A stretch of 62,095 nucleotides of DNA, from NCBI GenBank assembly GCA_934162655.1, contig CAKPJL010000005.1:1-62095 (forward strand), written 5' to 3'. Numbering within the stretch: position 1 is the stretch's first letter; every line of letters starts with the position of its first letter. Of the stretch, positions 37,012 to 48,679 are shown one piece after another. The notes under the pieces were generated by a model. It was not told the origin of the DNA, ran no database searches, and saw only the letters and a list, made by a program, of their open reading frames with translations. The stretch comes from an uncultured Clostridia bacterium (GTDB taxonomy: Bacteria; Bacillota; Clostridia; TANB77; CAG-465). Made by a program: the position numbers and the translations under genes.

Positions 37012-37467
37012 TTAAATATTTTCTTTTTCTATTTTTTTTATCTTTTCAAGTCTTGCATCATGTCTTCCACCTTCATAAAAATTATTAATAAAAGCATCCA
37101 CTATCTTAGTTGCATTTTCTAAGTTTGACATAGCATCAAGCCTTGCACCTAAACATAAAACATTTGCATTGTTATGCTTTCTTGACATTTCAGCCATGTA
37201 CTCATCCATACAAAGAGCAGCTCTAATTCCTCTTACTTTATTTGCTGCAATTGACATACCAATGCCTGTACCACAAATAGCAATTCCTAAATTTAAATTA
37301 TTTTCAAGAACTTTTTTACATATTTTTCTTGACGTATCTGGATAATCATCATTTTTAATATTATTATCTTTTGATAAATCAATATACTCTATTTTTTTAT
37401 TATATAAATAATCAATTAATTTATTTTTTAATTCAATTCCTGCATGATCTGCACCTATTATTATCAT
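37012..37467 (-). CDS. rpiB: Ribose-5-phosphate isomerase B
   Basis: Motifs IIIGADHAG and CGTGIGMSIAANKVRGIRAAL. Confidence 0.9.
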   Translation of the reverse strand: MIIIGADHAGIELKNKLIDYLYNKKIEYIDLSKDNNIKNDDYPDTSRKICKKVLENNLNLGIAICGTGIGMSIAANKVRGIRAALCMDEYMAEMSRKHNNANVLCLGARLDAMSNLENATKIVDAFINNFYEGGRHDARLEKIKKIEKENI

Positions 37468-37478
37468 TTATTCACCCC

Positions 37479-37934
37479 TTAAAGCATATCAACTAATTTA
37501 TCTAGATATTTTACTATTTCACCTGCACATGAATTATATACCTCTACACCGTATCCCCATGGATCATCGATATCATCATAACTGTCATCATGTCCTACAT
37601 ATTCTTTTAAAGTATAAACTTTTCCTTCTAAAGAAGGATAAATTTCAAGCACATTTTTTTTATGATTTTTAGTCATACAAAGTATTAAATCTGATTTCAA
37701 TATATCAGAATCATGTATATTAGTAGCTCTATGTGAACTTGCATCAACTCCATATTTTGCTATTGCCTTGCATGCAAAATCTGTTATTTTATCCCCTGTA
37801 TACGCATTAGTACCACATGAACTGACAATAATATCATTTTCCTTTTTTGCATCATATAATTTTTTTTGTAAATAGTGATGTGCCATTGCACTCCTACATA
37901 TGTTCCCTGTACAAACAAAACAAATAGTTTTCAT
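37479..37934 (-). CDS. Low-molecular-weight protein tyrosine/arginine phosphatase
   Basis: P-loop is CTGNICRS and a DP motif is present. AGGTGA RBS before the ATG at 37934. Confidence 0.85.
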   Translation of the reverse strand: MKTICFVCTGNICRSAMAHHYLQKKLYDAKKENDIIVSSCGTNAYTGDKITDFACKAIAKYGVDASSHRATNIHDSDILKSDLILCMTKNHKKNVLEIYPSLEGKVYTLKEYVGHDDSYDDIDDPWGYGVEVYNSCAGEIVKYLDKLVDML

Positions 37935-38044
37935 ATTTTCACCTAGTAGTAATATTATCACAGTAGTCACACAAAGTCAATTATGTAAGCATTTTTTGAT
38001 ATACTTTTAATCAAAAATATAAGATATAAAATATTAATTTTAAT

Positions 38045-38069
38045 AAAAAACTACCGTATTATACGGTAG
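38045..38069 (-). terminator. Intrinsic terminator
   Basis: CTACCGTA pairs with TACGGTAG, followed by a T run on the minus strand. Confidence 0.55.
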
Positions 38070-38081
38070 CCTTTCTTTAAA

Positions 38082-38378
38082 TCATACTATAGTCTTTCTT
38101 CCAAGGAGATACATATCACCTGACTTGGTGAAAACAACATAATTTCCTGCTCTACTTTTTTTTATTGTTACAATGGGAGAAGATTTAATAAAATTATAGC
38201 CATCATAAAAGGCCAAACAAAATTCATTTTGTTCAATGAAAATCTTCACCCTTGTAGGGACATCAGTTCCCTGATATTTTAGTTTTTGCGAAACTATTGA
38301 AATAGGAAATTCCCTTCCAACCTCAACCATTTCTTTTAAATACTCAAAGCCAGGAATTAATTCTCTGTAATCACACAT
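38082..38378 (-). CDS. Hypothetical protein (98 aa)
   Basis: RBS present. No motif recognised. Confidence 0.45.
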   Translation of the reverse strand: MCDYRELIPGFEYLKEMVEVGREFPISIVSQKLKYQGTDVPTRVKIFIEQNEFCLAFYDGYNFIKSSPIVTIKKSRAGNYVVFTKSGDMYLLGRKTIV

Positions 38379-38456
38379 ATTAGCCTCTTTCCCTCCTTAT
38401 TTTAGGAGAAACTATATTTTTATACACTTATATTATATCATTTTATGTTAACTTTG

Positions 38457-39164
38457 TCAATTTTTTGAAAGAATAAGTCCAATAATTATCCCTACTATGT
38501 ACATAAAAGATATTATTCTTTTATCTGTTATCTTTTTAGAATTAGGTATTAAATCACATGCTACAATATAAAGCATTGCACCAGCTGCAACTGATAATAC
38601 AAATGAAACTCCAAAATTAGATAACTCACCTACCACCCTTCCTATAAGACCTCCTACACCTAAAAAAGCTCCCACAAATATACTAGATATTATGCTTTTC
38701 TCTTTTTTGTTTAATATTCCTACAACAATACCTTCTGGTATATTATGTAATGCTATTGCAATTAACATATTTATTCCAAGAGAATTTGATATACAAAAAG
38801 ATGCTCCTATTGCCAGTCCTTCCGGCATATTATGTAGTGCCATTGCTGTTGTTACTGCTATTCCATTGGAATTTTTTATATCTTTTTTTTCAATTATTTC
38901 GCTCATAATAAATACAAAAATAGCACCTATTAATACTCCAACTATTGAAGTTACTATACCATTTAACATATAACCTTGATCTATCATATCAAAACAAACA
39001 ATTCCAGTCATGATACCCGCTGTTATTTCATACATAACAGCCAATACCTTTTTATTTTTTATATTAATAAGATATGAAATAATTCCACCAATACCTGTAC
39101 TTATTATTCCAATCAATGCAAATATAATAAAACTTAATATATACTTTAACATAAAAAACCTCAC
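38457..39164 (-). CDS. ZIP-family metal (zinc) transporter
   Basis: Repeated HNMPEGLAIG and HNIPEGIVVG motifs. Polytopic. Confidence 0.8.
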   Translation of the reverse strand: MRFFMLKYILSFIIFALIGIISTGIGGIISYLINIKNKKVLAVMYEITAGIMTGIVCFDMIDQGYMLNGIVTSIVGVLIGAIFVFIMSEIIEKKDIKNSNGIAVTTAMALHNMPEGLAIGASFCISNSLGINMLIAIALHNIPEGIVVGILNKKEKSIISSIFVGAFLGVGGLIGRVVGELSNFGVSFVLSVAAGAMLYIVACDLIPNSKKITDKRIISFMYIVGIIIGLILSKN

Positions 39165-39211
39165 AAAATTTGAATTATCACTACATTTTATTCAAACTTT
39201 ATAAGGTTTAT

Positions 39212-39763
39212 TTATATTACTTTATTAGTATAAATATTTTTTAAATTTTTTCTTTTTATGGTTTGATATATTCCGTTTCTTGCCACTTGCTCAAAAACCT
39301 CTGTAAAACAATCTCTAATTTTACTGTTCATCTTAATATTTTTATTATTTCTATTCCAGTAATTTATTTGTGTTGAAGTATTCCAATTCTTACCGTTATA
39401 TGATATACCAGCAGACAACATATCACATACCATTTCACAAAAAATGTTAAATGGTATAAGTGGCATATTTTCTTCTAATACATCTTGATCATACCAATAT
39501 TCAAAATGATGCTTATTTCTCCCCTTGTGATGAAGCCATGCAAGTGAATATCCTATGTCATTTTTGCACTCTGTTATTGGACTACCATTTCCTATATAAT
39601 ATGCGGCAGATTCAAAAAACTCTTCTTTACTATATTTAGATAAATCATGAACTAATCCCCTAAAAGGAATACCTGCAAAACATGAGAATTTAAAGACTAA
39701 TGCCCTATGTTTGTTTACCAAAAAAAAATGTTTAAATAACTTATGTAGAGTTAATTTTCTCAT
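39212..39763 (-). CDS. Hypothetical His-rich protein (DUF5662-like by recollection)
   Basis: HDLSKYSKEEF and WLHHKGRNKHHFEYW motifs. The family assignment is from memory only. Confidence 0.4.
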   Translation of the reverse strand: MRKLTLHKLFKHFFLVNKHRALVFKFSCFAGIPFRGLVHDLSKYSKEEFFESAAYYIGNGSPITECKNDIGYSLAWLHHKGRNKHHFEYWYDQDVLEENMPLIPFNIFCEMVCDMLSAGISYNGKNWNTSTQINYWNRNNKNIKMNSKIRDCFTEVFEQVARNGIYQTIKRKNLKNIYTNKVI

Positions 39764-39809
39764 TTATTTCACCAAACAAATTTTAGCATAAATTCCTTAT
39801 CATTTCAAC

Positions 39810-40499
39810 TTATTTGCCCAAATACTCCATATTAGAATATACTTTTTTTATAACTTCATCCGTATAGTATTTATCATATAAAGCTCCTATATATGTTTTT
39901 GGTTTGTTTCCCATTGCCCTTAGATTATATCTATAAAGTGCAGTAAAAGATATAAGTATGTTAAAAAACATAAAAACAGATAAAACACATGTAACTATAT
40001 ATAACATTTTACCTTTAATTTTATTTATTAATTTTTCTTCTAACGGATACAGAAATTTCATAAATAAAACTCCTACTACACCCCAACAAATTATAAACAC
40101 ACCTGTAGTTTTATTATAAATATTTAAGAATTTTCCATCGTAATTCCAAAACCTCATATTATAAAATTTTTCTATAAAGCAAGCACTTAAAAATTCAGTT
40201 ACTCCTCCTATTAAACAAGACATTATAAAAGTATAGTACCATTTTCTTTTAGTATTATTTTTTCCAAAAATAATTGCAAATAATGCAAGACCAGCACCAT
40301 ATTCTATATTAAATGGTCAATAAATAACAGATGCTCTGGATTCAAAGTTTCCACTTCTTATAAAGTTTAATATCTCCTCATAAAAAGTTCCAATTATACT
40401 TCCAACAATAAAAATCCAAAATATTTTTATATAATTATTTTTAACATGCAAATTATCCATACTATCACCAATAATAGTATGGATAATTATTTTATACAA
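39810..40499 (-). pseudogene. Membrane protein of the putative ABC-transporter type IV / DUF1113-like family, interrupted by one in-frame TGA
   Basis: ORFs 40317..40499 and 39810..40223 are in one frame. The 31 codons between them are open. The single TGA (40317-40319) sits where Gly is expected in ...RASVIY-x-PFNIEYGAG. Confidence 0.65.
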
Positions 40500-40508
40500 A
40501 TTAAATTT

Positions 40509-41288
40509 TTACTCATAATCTTCACTATAATGAGACATATGCCAAGCTTTTAAATTTATAGGCTCCATATAAGTACCACAAAATTGGCAAGTTTTTGAGT
40601 CTAGACTTTTTATTGGAGCACCACAGTTTTTACAATTTATTCCAAAAGCCACCTGAGATGGATTAAAATTTGATTCATCATATACATAAACAAAATCAGT
40701 AGTATATCTTGTCTGCTTTTTTAGACCGTCAAATTTTTTAGAAAGTTTTATATTACTATCTCCTGTTTCACTATAATAATATTCAAGTGTTGAAGAAATT
40801 TGAACAGTTGCAACTCCATCTATTTTAGTATATTTTTTAAGTGCATGTCTATGAAATTTTACCCCATCATATTTCAAATTTTTACCCATGCTATTTAAAT
40901 CTTCTATCTTTTGTTCTACTTCATTTTTTACAAAACTTAATTCTCTATCTGATTTTATAATATCTATATTTTTACTTTCTAATGCATTAAATATTTTTCT
41001 AAGATTAGATTCAACTTTTGAATACAACAAACTTTTATTAAAATTATTAAAATCTTCACATATTCTTGGCTCAACTAATTTAGTCATGCCACAAACATCT
41101 TTTTGCCTTTCATATTCTTGCATTTCTATATTTTTTGCATTTTTTGCAGCAGATATTATCTGTCCCATAAATGAAGTAGATAAATTTCTTTTTATCTTTT
41201 TTATTATATATATTATTAATGATATAAAAATAATTGAAAAAAGTATTATACCTAGTATGATTAATAGCCTTATATCTGTGTTATCCAT
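40509..41288 (-). CDS. Membrane-anchored protein with C-terminal zinc-ribbon
   Basis: N-terminal TM helix and C-terminal CKNCGAPI...CQFCG. Confidence 0.5.
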   Translation of the reverse strand: MDNTDIRLLIILGIILFSIIFISLIIYIIKKIKRNLSTSFMGQIISAAKNAKNIEMQEYERQKDVCGMTKLVEPRICEDFNNFNKSLLYSKVESNLRKIFNALESKNIDIIKSDRELSFVKNEVEQKIEDLNSMGKNLKYDGVKFHRHALKKYTKIDGVATVQISSTLEYYYSETGDSNIKLSKKFDGLKKQTRYTTDFVYVYDESNFNPSQVAFGINCKNCGAPIKSLDSKTCQFCGTYMEPINLKAWHMSHYSEDYE

Positions 41289-41290
41289 AA

Positions 41291-41998
41291 TCAGTTACCC
41301 CCGCCATACTTTCTAGTTCTTTTATTATATTCTTCAATTGCCATATCTAAATCTTTTTCATTAAAATCAGGCCAATTTTTTTGTACAAAATATAATTCAC
41401 TATACACAAGTTGCCATGGTAAAAAATTACTAGTTCTAATCTCACCACTTGTCCTTATCATGAGGTCAGGATCTGGTTGATCCTTCGTATACATATTTTT
41501 AGAAATTATCTCTTCTGTTATGCTATCTATGCTTAAATTATTGTCCCTAACTTCTTTTACTATATTTTTTACTGCATTTAGTATTTCACTTCTACCGCCA
41601 TAGTTTAAAGCTATATTAAAAGTTATACCGGTATTTTTTTTTGTTACTTCCATTACATTATTTATACTATTAATTAAATCAAAAGATAATACAGAAAAAT
41701 CACCTATAACATTTACCTTTATATTTTGACTATCTGCTTTTTTTGCATAGTCATCTAAATATTTTTTAAGAAGCCTCATAAGTTCATCTACTTCTTCTTT
41801 ATCTCTTTTCCAATTTTCCGTTGAAAAAGCATAAACTGTAATATAAGAAAGACCTATTTTATTAGCATACTTTACTATCTTTTCTAATGTTTTTGCACCC
41901 TCTCTATGTCCCATTTTAGGTGCAAGTCCTCTATTTTTTGCCCATCTCCTATTACCATCCATAATAATTGCTATATGTTTTATATCTGAATTTATCAT
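41291..41998 (-). CDS. uppS: Undecaprenyl-diphosphate synthase
   Basis: Motifs HIAIIMDGNRRWA, FSTENWKR and RTSGEIRTSNFLPWQ. Confidence 0.95.
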   Translation of the reverse strand: MINSDIKHIAIIMDGNRRWAKNRGLAPKMGHREGAKTLEKIVKYANKIGLSYITVYAFSTENWKRDKEEVDELMRLLKKYLDDYAKKADSQNIKVNVIGDFSVLSFDLINSINNVMEVTKKNTGITFNIALNYGGRSEILNAVKNIVKEVRDNNLSIDSITEEIISKNMYTKDQPDPDLMIRTSGEIRTSNFLPWQLVYSELYFVQKNWPDFNEKDLDMAIEEYNKRTRKYGGGN

Positions 41999-42009
41999 AA
42001 AATATCTCC

Positions 42010-42900
42010 CTACTTTTCCCTATCTTTTATGTAATCTGCCATATCTTTTAGAAATTGTGCTTTAGAACCATATACTTTAAGTGAATTTTTGGCCTCTTCT
42101 ACTAAATCATCTAAAATCTTTAATGATTTATTAACACCATACATTGACACATAAGTGCATTTTTCTCTTTCCTTATCATTTCCGACAGGTTTGCCTGTAA
42201 TTTTTTTGTCACCTAATTCAGATAAAATGTCATCTTTTATTTGAAAAGCAAGACCTATATCTTTTGCATATTTTTTTAAGTTATTAATATCATCATCATT
42301 TGCATTGCAAAGTATTCCTCCACAAACTAAGGCGGCCTCTATTAACGCACCCGTTTTGTTGTTATGTATATAATTTAGTTCATCTATATCTATTTTTTTA
42401 CCTTCATCTACTGTATCTAAATACTCTCCTACAATCATTCTATTTACAGCATTTGATAAATAATTTAGTGCTTCCACTTTTCTTTTTACATTAATATTAT
42501 TACTATCTAAAAGTATACTATCTGTAACTATTTTATAAGACATATTTAAAAGATTATCTCCTGCAAGAATTGCAGTTGCCTCACCATAAACCTTATGGTT
42601 AGTTGCCTTAAAATGTCTAAAATCATCATTATCTATTCCTGGCAAATCATCGTGTATTAAAGAAAAATTGTGAATCATTTCAAGAGCCACAGCATATGGA
42701 ATGCAAATACTAAAATCATATCCTAACATTTCACATACAGACATCATAAGAATGGGTCTTATTCTCTTACCACAAGAAAATAGACTATATTCCATTGATT
42801 CAAAAAGTCTACCTTCTAAACATTCTTTATTAAATCTATACCTTTCAAGATTACTATTAAAAATTTCTGCATATTTTTCAAATTCTTCTCTAAATTCCAT
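42010..42900 (-). CDS. Polyprenyl (farnesyl/geranylgeranyl) diphosphate synthase
   Basis: First DDxxD region is LIHDDLPGIDNDDFRH and the second is FQIKDDILS. The internal ATG at 42900 is preferred. Confidence 0.85.
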   Translation of the reverse strand: MEFREEFEKYAEIFNSNLERYRFNKECLEGRLFESMEYSLFSCGKRIRPILMMSVCEMLGYDFSICIPYAVALEMIHNFSLIHDDLPGIDNDDFRHFKATNHKVYGEATAILAGDNLLNMSYKIVTDSILLDSNNINVKRKVEALNYLSNAVNRMIVGEYLDTVDEGKKIDIDELNYIHNNKTGALIEAALVCGGILCNANDDDINNLKKYAKDIGLAFQIKDDILSELGDKKITGKPVGNDKEREKCTYVSMYGVNKSLKILDDLVEEAKNSLKVYGSKAQFLKDMADYIKDREK

Positions 42901-43000
42901 ACATTTCACCATAAAAACTTTACCATATTTAAATATTAAAGTCAATAGAAAAAATTTCTACATATATACTAATACTTTAAATAAAATAGGGTCATTTTTA

Positions 43001-44831
<1,831 letters not shown>

Positions 44832-44892
44832 AATTCCTCCTTTATTTTCTTTTACTTATATATTAAAAATATAATAATTTTATACTAAAAAT

Positions 44893-44917
44893 ATGTACAC
44901 TTTATTTAAGTGTACAT
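44893..44917 (-). terminator. Terminator after pyrG
   Basis: ATGTACACTT pairs with AAGTGTACAT, a 10-bp perfect stem, followed by a T-rich tail on the minus strand. Confidence 0.55.
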
Positions 44918-44934
44918 ACTTTAATAATATTTTA

Positions 44935-46533
44935 CTATTTTTCTTTTGCTGCCTTTACTAGCCCTACAAATAATGGAGCTGGTCTATCTGGTCTTGATTT
45001 AAATTCAGGATGAAATTGACATGCTATAAAAAACTTTTTATCTTTTAATTCCACTATTTCAACAAGTTTTCCATCTGGCGATGTGCCAGAGCATATTAGT
45101 CCAGCATTTTCTAAGTCTTTTTTATAATAATTATTATACTCAAATCTATGTCTATGTCTTTCTAAAATTCTATCTTTTTTATATAATTTATATGCTAAAC
45201 TATCTTTATTCAATATGCACTCATACTTTCCAAGTCGCATTGTTCCGCCTTTTTTATCTACTTGTTTTTGTTCATCCATAATGTGAATAACTTGATTTTT
45301 AGAATTACTATCAAACTCCTCTGAATTTGCATCTTTAAGTCCTAAAACATCTCTTGCATATTCCACCACCGTCATCTGCATTCCTAAGCAAATACCAAGA
45401 AAAGGTATATCATTTTGTCTTGCATACTTTATAGTATTTATCTTCCCTTCAATTCCTCTATTACCAAATCCACCTGGAACAACTATTCCATCCAAGTCAC
45501 CTAACAAAATATTTGAATTTTTTGCTGTAACTTCTTCTGAATCTATATATTTTATATTTACTTTTACATTATTTTCAAAACCAGCATGATATAAACTTTC
45601 TGTAACAGATAAATATGAATCTTCAAGCTTCACATATTTTCCTACTATACCTATTGTAACTTGCCTATCTTTCTTTTGTCTTATATTACTAATCATTTTT
45701 TCCCATTTTTGGTTATTTGCTTCAATTTTTGGAAGATTTAAATGTTTGCAAACCTGTCTTGCAAGACCTTCATCTTCAAGCATTAGTGGAACTGCATACA
45801 AATTGTCAGCTGTTAAGTTAGCTATAACATTTTCTTTTTTCACATTACAAAACAAAGATAATTTTTCCTTTATACTATCTGGTATTTTAGTGTCACTTCT
45901 ACATACTAAAATATCTGGTTTTATTCCAAGAGATTGTAATTCTTTTACAGAGTGTTGTGTTGGTTTTGATTTAATTTCATTTGAACCTGTTATATATGGA
46001 AGTAAAGTAACATGTATATATATAACATCACTATTTTCTTTTTCAATGCCAACTTGTCGAATTGCTTCTAAAAAAGCTAAACTTTCAATGTCACCAACAG
46101 TCCCCCCAAGTTCAGTTATTACAATATCTATATTGCTGTTTTCAAAACTATAAATGTTTTCTTTTATTTCATTAGTTATATGAGGTATTACTTGAACTGT
46201 TTTTCCTAAATAATCTCCTCTTCTTTCTTTATTTATTACACTTTGATAAATTTTCCCAGAAGTTACACTGGAATTTTTAGTTAAATTTTCATCTATAAAT
46301 CTTTCGTAGTGACCTAAATCTAAATCTGTTTCTGCACCATCGTCAGTTACGAAAACTTCACCATGTTCATATGGACTCATTGTTCCTGGATCAACATTAA
46401 TATATGGATCAAATTTTTGTATAGTTACTTTGTAACCTCTATTTTTTAATAATCTTCCAAGTGAAGCCGCAGTTATACCTTTTCCAAGACCAGATACTAC
46501 CCCGCCTGTAACAAAAATATATTTTGTATTCAT
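44935..46533 (-). CDS. pyrG: CTP synthase
   Basis: Motifs [16 protein letters not shown], the GATase-domain GICLGMQ, and HRHRFE. Confidence 0.95.
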   Translation of the reverse strand: MNTKYIFVTGGVVSGLGKGITAASLGRLLKNRGYKVTIQKFDPYINVDPGTMSPYEHGEVFVTDDGAETDLDLGHYERFIDENLTKNSSVTSGKIYQSVINKERRGDYLGKTVQVIPHITNEIKENIYSFENSNIDIVITELGGTVGDIESLAFLEAIRQVGIEKENSDVIYIHVTLLPYITGSNEIKSKPTQHSVKELQSLGIKPDILVCRSDTKIPDSIKEKLSLFCNVKKENVIANLTADNLYAVPLMLEDEGLARQVCKHLNLPKIEANNQKWEKMISNIRQKKDRQVTIGIVGKYVKLEDSYLSVTESLYHAGFENNVKVNIKYIDSEEVTAKNSNILLGDLDGIVVPGGFGNRGIEGKINTIKYARQNDIPFLGICLGMQMTVVEYARDVLGLKDANSEEFDSNSKNQVIHIMDEQKQVDKKGGTMRLGKYECILNKDSLAYKLYKKDRILERHRHRFEYNNYYKKDLENAGLICSGTSPDGKLVEIVELKDKKFFIACQFHPEFKSRPDRPAPLFVGLVKAAKEK

Positions 46534-46550
46534 AATTACCTCCTATAAAA

Positions 46551-46579
46551 AAACAAAAAAATAGATTTAAAAAATCTAC
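46551..46579 (-). terminator. Candidate leader (attenuator) terminator upstream of pyrG
   Basis: The minus-strand RNA reads UAGAUUU-UUU-AAAUCUA followed by U7-G-U7. It ends about 5 nt before the pyrG RBS. Confidence 0.4.
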
Positions 46580-46741
46580 TCCAAAAAGGGGTTTTTTTTA
46601 AATCTATATTTATATTATATATACTAGCACTTTATTTTTAATAAATCAATCTCTTTTGTAAAATTTTTTTATATTTTGTAAATTTATATAACACAATTTC
46701 ATATAATTTTTTAGTTAGATTTTTAATAATGGAGGTATTTT

Positions 46742-48596
46742 ATGTGTGGTTATTCAGGCTTTTGTAATTTAGATTGTAACATTTCAACTTCTAACAATAT
46801 ACGTGTTATAAAAAAAATAACAAATAAACTAGCTCACCGTGGCCCGGATGAAGAAAATTACTTTATAAATAAACATATTAACTTAGGTCACAGAAGATTA
46901 ATAATTGTAGATGCAAAAAATGGAAAACAGCCAATGAGTGCAAAATACAAGGGAAATACTTATATTTTAGTATATAACGGACAATTATATAACACAAAAG
47001 ATATTAGAGATAAGCTAATTAACGCTGGATTTAGTTTTAATGGCTATTCTGATACAGAAGTAATACTAAAAGCTTTTATACATTATGGTCCAAAAATTCT
47101 AAAAGAATTTAACCGGAATATTTAGCTTTGCTATATGGAATGAAAATAAACAAGAATTGACTTTAGTAAGAGATCATTTTGGAATTAAACCCCTATATTA
47201 TACAATTTTTAACAATACACTTATTTTTTCATCAGAAATAAAATCAATATTAAGCTATCCAAAGTTTGAGGCCAAAATAGACAAAAATGGCATATGTGAA
47301 TTATTTGGTATAGGACCTGCACATACACCTGGCACTTGTGTTTTCAAAAATATATATGAGATAAAACCAGCACATTATGCTATATTTAACAAAAATGGTT
47401 TTAAAACATATAAGTTTTGGGAAATGGCAACACAGCCACATAATGACGATTTTGAAACTACATGCAAAAAAGTTCATTTTCTACTAGATGATTCTATAAA
47501 AAGACAATTAGTATCTGATGTTCCACTGTGTTCTATGCTATCTGGTGGACTTGATTCTAGTATAATTGTTGCATATGCAAGCAATTACTATAAATCAATA
47601 AATAAACCTGCATTAAAAACTTTATCGGTTGATTATGTTGATAATGATAAAAATTTTATTAAAAGTGATTTTTTACCAGATTCTGATAAATACTACATTG
47701 ATATAATGAAAAATACATTTAATACAGATCATTCAACAATAATACTTGACACCCCAGAACTTGCAAAATACTTAGAAGATGCTATGATAGCAAGAGATTT
47801 TCCTGGTATGGCAGATGTAGATTCATCAATGCTCCTATTTTGTAAGAATATAAAAAAATACGCAACAGTTGCATTATCTGGCGAATGTTCAGATGAGATA
47901 TTTGCAGGTTATCCTTGGTTTTTTAGAGAAGATACACTAAATAGTAATACTTTCCCGTGGTCAATAGCAACTTCCGAAAGACAGGAATTATTAAATAAAA
48001 ATATTTCAAATAAAATAAATTTAAAAGACTATATTGATTATAGATATAATCAAAGTATATCAAATATCAAATTTGATAAAAGTGATTCTAGTCAAACAAA
48101 GGAAAAAAGAGTAATATCTTACTTAACTATAAATTGGTTTATGCAAACACTACTTGATAGATCTGATAGAATGAGTATGTATAATGGTTTGGAGTTAAGA
48201 GTTCCTTTTTGCGATTATAGATTAGTACAATACATGTGGAATGTACCATGGGAAATGAAGGCTTATAAAAATAGAGAAAAAAGTATGTTAAGACATATAG
48301 TAAAAGATTTACTTCCCGATGAAATAGTTAACAGAAAAAAAAGTCCATATCCTAAGACTCATAATCCTACTTATTTAAATACGGTGAAAAATATGATTAC
48401 AAAAATCATGGAAGACCCTAATGCACCAATTAACAGCTTACTTAATAGAGAGTATATTTTAGAAATTTTAAGGACAAATGGTGAATCGTTTAAGAGACCA
48501 TGGTTTGGTCAACTTATGACTGGACCTCAACTCATGGCATATCTTTGCCAAATAAATATGTGGCTTGAGAGATATAATCCGAAATTAGACATTTAA
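46742..48596 (+). pseudogene. asnB: Asparagine synthase (glutamine-hydrolysing), interrupted by a +1 frameshift
   Basis: N-terminal MCG Ntn-amidotransferase domain (46742-47125). The remainder lies in the +1 frame (GIFSFAIWNENKQELTLVRDHFGIKPLYY..., SGGLDSS PP-loop). The frames can only join within 47103-47122. Confidence 0.8.
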
Positions 48597-48679
48597 AATT
48601 TATCACCATTATAACTAATTTTTTAAAAACACTATACAAAAGTATTTTTTATATAGTATAATTAATTTTAGGTGGTACT

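Noticed and set aside
40317-40319. Possibility that TGA encodes Gly genome-wide (code 25-like).
   Set aside because: Several well-delimited genes in the window end at TGA at positions that fit operon structure. Examples are 526-528 (overlapping the next ATG), 12239-12241, 15846-15848 and 19350-19352. TGA therefore functions as a stop here.
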